A DNA stretch of 64,000 bases from Planctomycetota bacterium. GTDB taxonomy: Bacteria; Planctomycetota; GCA-002687715; CAIWVZ01. The notes beneath the pieces are model-generated. The model saw only the letters and a program-made list of their open reading frames with translations. It searched no databases and was not told the DNA's origin. Below, in pieces: positions 8,938 through 17,576 of the stretch (the stretch's first letter is position 1; each line of letters begins with the position of its first letter). Made by a program: the position numbers and the translations under genes. The stretch lies in NCBI GenBank assembly GCA_044222185.1, contig JBGANV010000008.1, positions 224,001 through 288,000 on the forward strand, given 5' to 3'.

Positions 8938-10530
8938 TCACTGGACGGTGTAGGTCATGGATGTCGACGCGGAGGCGGGGACGAGCGACCCACCCGCGTT
9001 GAAGCCCACGGCCACGCTGTCGAACCGCAACCCCGGCGGAAGTCCGACGTAGGGGCCGACGACTGCGGTTCCGCATGGCGTCAGCGGTCCGAAGAACGGC
9101 GACCCGGGCTGCACTTCGGAGACGAGCTCGAGCAACGTGAGGTCGATCCCGAAGAACGGCCCCGCGGGAGCGACGCCCGTGTGCTGCAGGGCGATGGCGA
9201 GCAGGAACCCTCCGTTCGGAGCTCCATTCACGATGTCGGTGCGTAGCGACCCCGACCCTGCCGGCTGCCAGAGGATCTGTCGGAGGGGTGCGTTCGTGAC
9301 CGGTGCGATCGTCAGGTTGAAGATGCCCGGGCCGATGTTGTTCGGGGCGACCCGGATCCAATACGTCCGTCCGACGAGCGCCGTCAGTGCGACGGTGGCT
9401 CCTCCAGGCCCGCAGAAAGGATCGTCATCGGCGCAGTCGATGAGGTTCCCACCGCAACCCTCGTACACGTCGAGCACGGTGTCGTACCCGCCGCATCCGC
9501 TGCTGATGGTGATGTCCTGGCTGCAACCCGTGTTCAGGTAGGAGAACCAGACGTCTGGGGAGGCCCCGCCGAGACAGCCCGTGAAAGTCGCGCTCGGTGT
9601 GGCAATCCCGTTGGAGAACGGGCCATTCACTCCCATGACGACAGGCGTCGCCGTGGAGCAGTCGTCTCCGACCCCGCGTGCGATCTCCAGGTTGAATACT
9701 CCAGGCTGAGCCGCCTTCGCGGCCACGCGGATGAAGTACACCGCGCCCTGACCCGCGTTGAAACCGAGCGAGGACCCGCCCGACGGGCAGGACGGGGTGT
9801 CGTCGTTGCACGCAATGGCGGCTCCCCCGCAAGCGCCGTAAACGCTGAGCACCGTGTCGTACTGACCGCACCCCGTGGAAACGACGACGGGACCCGTGGC
9901 GAGCGAATGCACGTATCGAAACCACAGGTCGTAAAGGCCATTCCCAGCACAGTTCACGGCTCCGGCCGTCGGCGTCGCCGCGATGTTGTTGAACGGACCC
10001 GACGCCCCCAGCGGCACGGTGAGCGCCTGTGCGCACGTGTCGTTCGTCGCCGCAGGCACCGCCGCCTCCACCGTCAGGTAGAACGTCCCGCCGGGGCCGT
10101 CGTTCGCCGAACCCACCCCGACGATGTACGACGCGCCCCACAGCAAATACGCCGTGACCGACGACCGCGACCCGCAGGAGTTGTCATCGCAGCCGAGCGA
10201 GTTGGCTCCGCAATAATCGAAAACGTCGACGACGCTGTCGGTCAGCGAGCCCGCCGCGAAACCCGCCGGCGTACAGGTCTTGAACGTGTAGGGCGCAGTG
10301 AACGCCGGCGTGAAGACGAACCAGACATCCTTGCCCGCGCCGCCGCAGGTCATCCAACCGGATTGAGTCGCCCCCACGTTCGTGAAGCGGAATCCGGACG
10401 CTGCCGGTGTCGGGTTCACGCCAGCAACGATGTTGATGGGGGTCGTGCACTCGTCGTTCGAAACCTGTGCGGACGCTGCCGTTGCAAGAACGAGGCACGC
10501 AACGCCGAGGGCGAGGAACTTCATCACCAT
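8938..10530 (-). CDS. Secreted protein with 3 NDxC...DxWF...YxIRV (PPC-like) repeats and a C-terminal beta domain
   Basis: GGAG before MVMKFLALGVACLVLATAASAQ (start 10530 or 10524). Three repeats and the same C-terminal domain as 7691..8875. Confidence 0.82.
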   Translation of the reverse strand: MVMKFLALGVACLVLATAASAQVSNDECTTPINIVAGVNPTPAASGFRFTNVGATQSGWMTCGGAGKDVWFVFTPAFTAPYTFKTCTPAGFAAGSLTDSVVDVFDYCGANSLGCDDNSCGSRSSVTAYLLWGASYIVGVGSANDGPGGTFYLTVEAAVPAATNDTCAQALTVPLGASGPFNNIAATPTAGAVNCAGNGLYDLWFRYVHSLATGPVVVSTGCGQYDTVLSVYGACGGAAIACNDDTPSCPSGGSSLGFNAGQGAVYFIRVAAKAAQPGVFNLEIARGVGDDCSTATPVVMGVNGPFSNGIATPSATFTGCLGGASPDVWFSYLNTGCSQDITISSGCGGYDTVLDVYEGCGGNLIDCADDDPFCGPGGATVALTALVGRTYWIRVAPNNIGPGIFNLTIAPVTNAPLRQILWQPAGSGSLRTDIVNGAPNGGFLLAIALQHTGVAPAGPFFGIDLTLLELVSEVQPGSPFFGPLTPCGTAVVGPYVGLPPGLRFDSVAVGFNAGGSLVPASASTSMTYTVQ

Positions 10531-10950
10531 GTCTCCGGAAGGGCGAGCGTGGCACTCGAGGGTGAGGAGTGCGCGGCTGGGAATCGACGTGGCCGAAGAG
10601 CAGTCAACCGAGGCATAGACGGCCGAGGCGGCAGTTTGCGGGGCGCGACGGATCGGATCAACCGCTTGCGCCACCTCGCCGGCGCGCGCCTCAGGTTGGG
10701 AAACTTCTGGTTCCCTCAGGCGGGACGCCGCGCGTCACCTCAGTAAAAAAAACCGCCAGGTTCTGTTTGCCGGGTCGACGCAGCCGGGTGTACCGTCGCC
10801 GCCCTGTTGCACGCGCCGCCGGATCGTTTTGCACGATCACAGTTCGAAGGTGTGCTCCCCGGAACCCGCGAACGAGTTCGCCCCCGGCTGCCGCGCAGTC
10901 CAGGCATCGTCGTTACTCGGCCCCTCGATCTGAAGACAGGAGTCCTTGCC

Positions 10951-12650
10951 ATGGGAAGGTCCGTAGTCTGCGTCCGCACCGCCTCGCTTTCGATCGCCGT
11001 TCTCGTGATCTCCGCGATGACGGCGAACGCGCAGTTCGCGCTGGAACTGACCGGAACGTTCGGCTCGCCGAACACCTCGTCCGGCACCTGGTCCATCGCC
11101 GGCGACATGTATGGAGTTGGAAACTACACGAGCACGATCACGGGTGCGGCTCCGGCCGTCGGCCAGCCTCCGACGAGGGTGCAGATCGACACGGTGCTCA
11201 CCTGCGGAACCGGCGTCATCAACCTGCACTCGAATCTGTTCGCGTCCGCGCCCTCCGCAGGGACGCGCATCTTCACTGGAACGACGAAGATCGTCTCCGC
11301 GTCCGGCTCATACCTCGGGCTGAAGGGCGACGGCACCACGAGCATCGTCGCCAACGTCGGCGTCGTCCCTGCGATCGAAGCCTGGACGGTGAACGGTCTC
11401 ATCCGACACCTGCCGCCATTGCTTTCGTCCTCGAATTCACTGCGCAAGTGGAACCAGATCGCCATCGACGCCAGCGGACGTGACCACACGCCGGCGGGCG
11501 CGCACCAGCAGCTCGGTCCGTGCCGCGCAGCCCGTGCCGAGGCCATCGTTCACCTCGCGATGTTCGAAGCCGTCAACGCGATCATTCCCCGCTTCGACAG
11601 CTACGTTGGACTTCCGACCAACTACCCGACGACGTCCCTCGACGCGGCCATCGCGCAAGCAGCCTTCGACACGCTGAGCGCTCTCTTCTCCGCGCAGACG
11701 AACACGATCTTCACGCCCGCACTCAATGCGGCGCTCGCCGAAGTTCCCGATGGTCTGCGCAAGACGCGCGGCATCGCACTCGGACACGCGGCTGCGGCGG
11801 CGATCCTCGCTCTCCGCGCGAACGACCTCTCGTCGATGCCTGAGCCCCGCATCGGAATCGAGTACCTCCCCGGCCCGCTTCCGGGCGAATGGCGCCCGGA
11901 TCCGTTCACGAACCACCCGCTGGCACTGGGCGGCAACTGGCCGTTCGTGACGCCGTTCGTCATGCTCGCGGGAAGCCAGTTCCGCGCGCCGCCCCCGCCG
12001 GCGCTCGATAGCGCGGCGTATGCGACGGCATTCGACGAGGTCAAGGCCCTCGGCGGCGATGCCATCGTGACGCCGACGGTCCGCACGCCGGATCAAACCG
12101 AGGCCGGCATCTACTGGGCCTATGACGGGACGCCGAGCCTCTGCGCGCCGCCACGCCTGTACAACCAGATCGTCGTCCAGATCGGACGGCAGCAATGCTC
12201 CGACGTCGCAGATTTCGCCCGCCTGCTGGCGCTCGCGAACGTCGCGATGGCGGACGCGGGCATCGCGATCTGGGATTCCAAGTACTTCTACAAGTTGTGG
12301 CGGCCGGTGACCGGAATCCGCGAGTCGGACCCGGGGACGGGACCCACGGGACTCGGTGACGGGAACCCGGCGACGATCGGCGACGTCACCTACTCGCCGC
12401 TCGGTGCCCCCGCCAGCAATATCAACGGCGGGCTCAACTTCACCCCGCCGTTCCCGGCGTACCCGTCAGGGCACGCAGGCTTCGGCGGTGCGATCTTCCA
12501 GGTCCTGCGCCGCTTCTATGGGACCGACAACATCCGGTTCAAGTTCGTCTCGGACGAGCTGAACGGTGTCACACTCGGCAACAACGGCCTTCCCCGCCCA
12601 CTGTCGGCACGGGTCTTCCAGAATCTGACGCAGGCGGAAGAGGAGAACGG
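10951..12650 (+). pseudogene. Vanadium-dependent haloperoxidase (PAP2 superfamily), secreted, truncated before the third catalytic motif
   Basis: AGGAG RBS and signal peptide. Motif 1 is SKYFYKLWRP and motif 2 is PFPAYPSGHA. The sequence ends ...QAEEENG then runs into a C14 tract, so the expected SRxxxGxH motif is absent. The frame reads on to 12951 only as antisense of the next gene. May be an assembly artefact rather than a real pseudogene. Confidence 0.8.
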
Positions 12651-12651
12651 T

Positions 12652-12665
12652 CCCCCCCCCCCCCC
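12652..12665. repeat. Poly-C homopolymer (14 nt)
   Basis: Direct reading: t-cccccccccccccc-gccga, 5 nt before the stop codon of the convergent gene. Confidence 0.95.
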
Positions 12666-12670
12666 GCCGA

Positions 12671-14416
12671 TCACTGCAAGACGAGGTCGTGGGCGTCGGT
12701 CATGGCGAAGAGGCCGTTGGCGGCCCCCAGCGATGCGACCGCGCCCTGGACGCGCAGCGTCAGGCCCGCAAGTCCCGGCGGAACGACGAAGCCCACACCT
12801 ACGCCGAGGGCGGAAAGCGCCGAGCCCCCGAGCGCCGCCGGCTGGGATCCATCGACCAACAAGAAGAAGCTCGCCAGGTCGATGTGCACCTGCGGCAAGC
12901 CGGGAGTCGCCGCCGGCGGCGACGCGTTCGCGTAGCCCGTCGCGGCGATGAACGGCGTGGCACCGATGAAGCTCCAGTTCGGCGTCGTCATGGAGATGCC
13001 GACCGTCGACCCGCCCGGGGCGAGCTTCGTGCCCACGTTGGCGAGCGTCAGGTCGACGGACGTCGCGAGCACCAGGTCCTCACCTGATCCCACGAGCGGC
13101 GCCACGTACTCGTCCACTCCGAGGTCGACCGTACCTGCGACGATGCGCGGGTTGCCGTCGAAATCCGTAGGCGCGAGCGACGGCGCGGCGTTCGTCCCGA
13201 TGTTGCGGCATGCCGACGTGGACGAGAGATGGAAGTCGAAATTCGCCGGGTCGACGAACCCTGGGGCCAGGCTCACGTTGCCCGCGCCGGGTGCCCCGCC
13301 CTGGACGTTGCTGAACGTGATGGAGATCGCCGGCGGCACGGTCGTTCCCGCGATCTGGTTCGGAGAATTGCCCGTCACGATCGAGTTGACGACGGTCGGC
13401 GCATTGCCCCCCACGACGAAGATCCCGCCGCAGCACGCGGACGCGACGTTCGACGCGATGCTGGCGTTCGTGATCGTGACGGAGGGGCCGTCGGTCGAGA
13501 TCGCGCCGCCGTTCACCGCAGTGTTGGCGGCGAAAATGCAGTTCGCGAAGTCGACGGTGGAAAGCGATGCACTCACCGCTCCGCCGTTCTGGAGCGCGTG
13601 GTTCTGGATGAACCGGCAATCGGTTCCACGCAGCGTGCCGAAGGTGCTCTTGGCCGCGCCACCCGACGTGGCGGCGTTGGAGTGGAGCGAACAGCGCACG
13701 AGAGTCGCGTTGCCGAACGAGACGTTGATCGCTCCACCGTCGTTCACTGCGGTGTTGCTCGTGAACGTGCAGCCCTCGAAGGTCGCCGACGCGTTGTTCA
13801 GGGACACCGCCGCGCCCTGATTGCTGGCATTGGCCGTGAAGCTGCAGTTCACGATCGTCGGAAACGAGTTGAACAGCACGGCGATCGCGCCGCCTTCGAC
13901 GGTCGCCGAGTTGCCGAGGAACGTGCAACCCGAGATCGACGGCGATGCCGCGAACAGGCAGATGCCGCCGCCCGTGTTGCTGACGCTGCCGTTCGCGATC
14001 ACGCAGTCCTCCACTCGCGGCGAGGCGCCGACGATGAGGAAGATGCCGCCATCGACGATGGGGCCTCCGTTGCGAAGCGTGAACCCGCGAATCATCGCCG
14101 CCGGCGTCTCGCCTGAGGTGAATTGCACGACCCGGTTCAGGTGCGCCGCATCGATCACCGTCGCGGCTGAACCCGCCGTGCTCCGCACGGTGATGTTCTT
14201 GCCGCCGAAGTTCAGGCTCTCGGAGTAGACGCCGGGCCCGACGAGCACCGTGTCGCCGTTGATCGCGGCGTTGATGCCGGCCTGAACGCTCGGAAACGGC
14301 GTCGCAAGCGTGCCGTTGCCCGGAGGTGCGGCGCCGGCCTGCACCCGCCACGTGGTCTGCGAGGTGACGGCGGAAGCGATCAACACGAACGCGACGAGGA
14401 ATCTGCTTTTCGGCAT
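12671..14416 (-). CDS. Secreted right-handed parallel beta-helix (Pmp-like GGA(I/V)/FxxN repeat) protein with choice-of-anchor-Q-like region and C-terminal domain
   Basis: Signal peptide MPKSRFLVAFVLIASAVTSQ; PFPSVQAGINAA..GDTVLVGPGVY; many FxxNxA..GGA(I/V) repeats; DFHL..TSAC..G..DFDGNPR..VDLG.DE. Confidence 0.88.
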   Translation of the reverse strand: MPKSRFLVAFVLIASAVTSQTTWRVQAGAAPPGNGTLATPFPSVQAGINAAINGDTVLVGPGVYSESLNFGGKNITVRSTAGSAATVIDAAHLNRVVQFTSGETPAAMIRGFTLRNGGPIVDGGIFLIVGASPRVEDCVIANGSVSNTGGGICLFAASPSISGCTFLGNSATVEGGAIAVLFNSFPTIVNCSFTANASNQGAAVSLNNASATFEGCTFTSNTAVNDGGAINVSFGNATLVRCSLHSNAATSGGAAKSTFGTLRGTDCRFIQNHALQNGGAVSASLSTVDFANCIFAANTAVNGGAISTDGPSVTITNASIASNVASACCGGIFVVGGNAPTVVNSIVTGNSPNQIAGTTVPPAISITFSNVQGGAPGAGNVSLAPGFVDPANFDFHLSSTSACRNIGTNAAPSLAPTDFDGNPRIVAGTVDLGVDEYVAPLVGSGEDLVLATSVDLTLANVGTKLAPGGSTVGISMTTPNWSFIGATPFIAATGYANASPPAATPGLPQVHIDLASFFLLVDGSQPAALGGSALSALGVGVGFVVPPGLAGLTLRVQGAVASLGAANGLFAMTDAHDLVLQ

Positions 14417-14726
14417 GGGTTGCACCTGTGGTCCGACTGTCCGAAGGGACGCGCGCAATCCGCGCGCGGGACGCATGAGGGAAGGGAGCCTACAACCGAT
14501 CCGGGCGAGCGGTCAACGGCTGAATCATGCACGATCGAGCATCATTGCATCCCCATGGAGGGCGCGGTGACGAGGCTCCGCATGCGGCGCCAGCCTCGCG
14601 TGCTCGCGATCGGCCCGCGCCGACGTCGGCGCGATGGCGCACTGCCCGGCCGACCGGAGCCCGGTCCCCGCAAGACACGCGTCGATGCGCCTCGACGCGC
14701 GGAGACGTCGAAACGCCGCACCTGCG

Positions 14727-16382
14727 TCAGCGCTCGGAGCGCGTCGCGATGGCGACGGTCTCCGGCTGCTTCTGCGCGGCGTCGTAGAGCGCCACGAACG
14801 TGCGTGGTTCCGCGGCGTCGACCGAGCGTAGCGCCGCGACCCACGCCGGCGGGATGGACTGATACTCGAGCCACACGATGGCCTGCAGCCCCTTCGGCGT
14901 CCCCTCGGCGATTGGGACCCGGACGGTGACGGTGTCCGCCCCGCCGGTGAAATTCGAGTCGTCGCCGATCGCCACCGGCGCGATGTCGCCGATTCCGGTC
15001 GCGTCTGGGCGCCAGCCCTTCGGCAGGAGTCGCGTGTCCTTGGCCCGCTTCGCCATCTTCGAGAGGTATGTCGTCGGTTTTCCGGACGGATCGACCGCCA
15101 CCATCTCGTAGACGACCACGTCCTCGGGTTTCTCCACCGTGTCCTTGTGCGGGATCGACAGCTCGTCACCGACCTTCACGAGGGAGCCATCCTTGTCGAC
15201 GGCGCCGGACTCGAAGAGGACCTCCCTCCCGCTCCGCACCTGCACGTGGAGCCACGCACGGCGCGCCGGGTAGCCCGTGGGGAACTTGTGTCCCGTGAGG
15301 TTCGTCACCGTGATCGAGAACTCCGCTCGACCGTCCTTGCGCGTGATGTCCCCCACGTCGAGCCGCACCGTGTCGTTCTGCAACTGGCGTCGAGTCGCCG
15401 CCGCCGCGCGCTCCAGCGCCGACTCGGGCGCCGTCACGCCCAGTTGCGTGCGGTTCGCCCGGAGCAGGTCGAGCATGAACGCGTTGCCCCCCACGAACAG
15501 ATGAGGCGCGAAGTCGGGACGCGGCGCGATGACGAAGTCGCGACCCATGGGATTGCGCGCGATGCGCGTCGGTCCCTGCGACGGCATGTGGCACTGCTGG
15601 CACGTGCGCGAGTCCTTCCCCGCGTCGTGCTCGTTCTGGAACGCGCTGTTGCGCCATTCGAGATAAGGCGACTGCTCGGGAAACGCCGACCCCGTATGGC
15701 CTGTGAAGAGCGTATGGCAGCTCCCGCACAGTCCTGAGGACCGCACGTGCTCCGCATGCGTAGGGGCGTAGCCGGAGTGCATCCGCATGGGACCCGGCGC
15801 CGGATCGGGATACGGCCCGTAGATCTCGCGCCCCCGCTTCAAGCTGAACATCCCCCCGAACGTCGAGGAGTCGCCCAGTCCCTCGGGCTGGATCTGGTGG
15901 CACACCGTGCACGAGACGCCGTCAGCCGCGAGCGGATCGTCGGCGATCGCCGCCATCGTCAGAGCGGGCTGACCACCAAGCCTCGCCGTGTGGTGGGCCA
16001 TGGGAGCGTGGCACCGGATGCAGAGCGCCTGCGTCGCCGGCGCGTGCTCAGGATCGGCCGCCGACTCCTTGGCGACCTGCGCGCGCCAATAGGGATCGCG
16101 GAACGCGTTCGCCATGAGCGACGCCTGCCACAGCCCGTGCGGCGAGATGTCGTCACCGGTCGGCGAGCGCATGGCGGTCGCCGCGGGCGCCGCGGAATGG
16201 CACATCGAGCACCCATTTCCCGTGGCGAAGACCTCGTTGGCAGCCGTGGGGCGCACGGGGCCCCGCCACGGCGGGCCCGCGCCGAGCGGCTCGGGGCGAG
16301 TCTCCTGGGCCATCGCTCCGACGACGATCACGAACGAAACCACGACAAACGACGCGACACGGGGGGGCTTGGATCGACGCAT
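14727..16382 (-). CDS. Exported multiheme (pentaheme) cytochrome c
   Basis: Five CxxCH motifs (CSMCH, CIRCH, CTVCH, CGSCH, CQQCH), signal peptide, and VTNLTGHKFPTG in the C-terminal beta domain. Confidence 0.92.
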   Translation of the reverse strand: MRRSKPPRVASFVVVSFVIVVGAMAQETRPEPLGAGPPWRGPVRPTAANEVFATGNGCSMCHSAAPAATAMRSPTGDDISPHGLWQASLMANAFRDPYWRAQVAKESAADPEHAPATQALCIRCHAPMAHHTARLGGQPALTMAAIADDPLAADGVSCTVCHQIQPEGLGDSSTFGGMFSLKRGREIYGPYPDPAPGPMRMHSGYAPTHAEHVRSSGLCGSCHTLFTGHTGSAFPEQSPYLEWRNSAFQNEHDAGKDSRTCQQCHMPSQGPTRIARNPMGRDFVIAPRPDFAPHLFVGGNAFMLDLLRANRTQLGVTAPESALERAAAATRRQLQNDTVRLDVGDITRKDGRAEFSITVTNLTGHKFPTGYPARRAWLHVQVRSGREVLFESGAVDKDGSLVKVGDELSIPHKDTVEKPEDVVVYEMVAVDPSGKPTTYLSKMAKRAKDTRLLPKGWRPDATGIGDIAPVAIGDDSNFTGGADTVTVRVPIAEGTPKGLQAIVWLEYQSIPPAWVAALRSVDAAEPRTFVALYDAAQKQPETVAIATRSER

Positions 16383-16556
16383 GGGCGCAGACTACCGCGA
16401 AGGCCGAGGCTTGCCCCTACGCGCATGGACGGACGTCAGCAGGCGCCCCCTGCCTTGACCCCCGGCCGGTTCGGCCGCAAGCTTGCGCCCATCGCGTTGG
16501 GGGTAGCGTCGACTCGCGACGCGTTCGCCACGCACAGCCATCGAGGAACACCTGCC

Positions 16557-17567
16557 ATGTCACGCACGCTTCCGTCGCTCCTTCTCGCGGCCGCTCTCGC
16601 GACCGTGCTCGGAGCCCAGGTCAAGGTCGGGGACCGCGCACCGCGCGTCGCGCCGGAGAAGCTGGGCAACACCACGATCACGTCGCTGGGCCAGCTCCGC
16701 GGCAAAGCGATCCTCTACGAGTACTTCGCGTATTGGTGAGGCCCCTGCAAGGCGGCCACGCCGCACGTCAACCAGTTGGTTGACAAGTACGGTTCGCAGG
16801 GGTTCTTCGTCGTCGGCGTCACGGGTGAGGCCGAGGAGCCGACTCTCGGATACATCAGCGAGACGAAGACGAAGGCGATCATCGCCTACGAGTCGAAGGA
16901 ACTGCCCAGCATGAAGGCCTACGGGTTCTCGGGATTCCCTTCGGCTGCGCTCGTTGGGGCGGACGGCAAGGTCGTCTGGACCGGCCACCCGTCGGCGCTG
17001 AACGACAAGCTCATCGAGAAGGCGCTCGCGGGAGTCAAGCCTGGCCCCCTCTCGGACGGCCTCATGATGGACGTCGAGCTCCCGAAGAAGTACGCCGCCA
17101 TCGAGAAACAACTCAACGGCGGCAAGATCGGCGATGGCTACAAGGCACTCGCGGCCGCTCTCGCGGCGCCCGGCGTCAACGACTCGGACCGCAGCGCTCT
17201 GGAAGCCGCGAAGAAGCAGGTCGACGAACTCGGCACGGCGGAACTGAAGAAGGCCGAGCTCGCGAACATGGAGAAGCGGCTCTTCGACGCGCAGGTCGGG
17301 TGGAAGCGCATCAGCACCCAGATGCCCGGAACCGATGCGGGACGCATCGCGGACGGGCTTCTCGCCGAGCTGGCGAAGAACGCGGAAGCCAAGCGCGAAC
17401 TCGAAGTCGGGCAACGGATCGCAGACGCCCAGAAACTCGCCGCTGCCGGCAAGGCCGCCGCGGCCGCATCCGCGCTCTCGTCGATCCTCGAGGGACCGAT
17501 GAAGGACACGGTGGAGGCCGAACGCGCGAAGAAACTGCTCGCAGAGATCAAGGCGAAGAAGGGCTGA
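16557..17567 (+). CDS. Exported TlpA/thioredoxin-fold selenoprotein (UxxC) with helical C-terminal domain; in-frame UGA at 16737-16739
   Basis: GAGGA RBS and signal peptide, then VGDRAP...LRGKAILYEYFAYW-TGA-GPCKAATPHVNQL...GFPSAALVGADGKVVW. The TGA sits at the first Cys of the WCxPC motif, and the two ORF-track pieces are in the same frame. Confidence 0.88.
16761..16792 (+). promoter_or_regulatory. Putative bacterial SECIS element
   Basis: Perfect 7-bp stem GUCAACC/GGUUGAC (16767-16784) with an AGUU loop, extended by CCGCAC/GUACGG with one mismatch. The loop begins 35 nt after the UGA and has G at its second position. Confidence 0.6.
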
Positions 17568-17576
17568 TCGCTCCGG

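Noticed and set aside
12652-12665. Poly-C tract as a phase-variation switch for the haloperoxidase
   Set aside because: The sequence after the tract is the antisense of the next gene and does not supply the missing SRxxxGxH motif, so slippage cannot restore function.
16737-16739. Simple nonsense pseudogene or genome-wide UGA reassignment
   Set aside because: The stop falls exactly on the redox Cys, both halves are intact and a hairpin follows. Many other genes here terminate at TGA.
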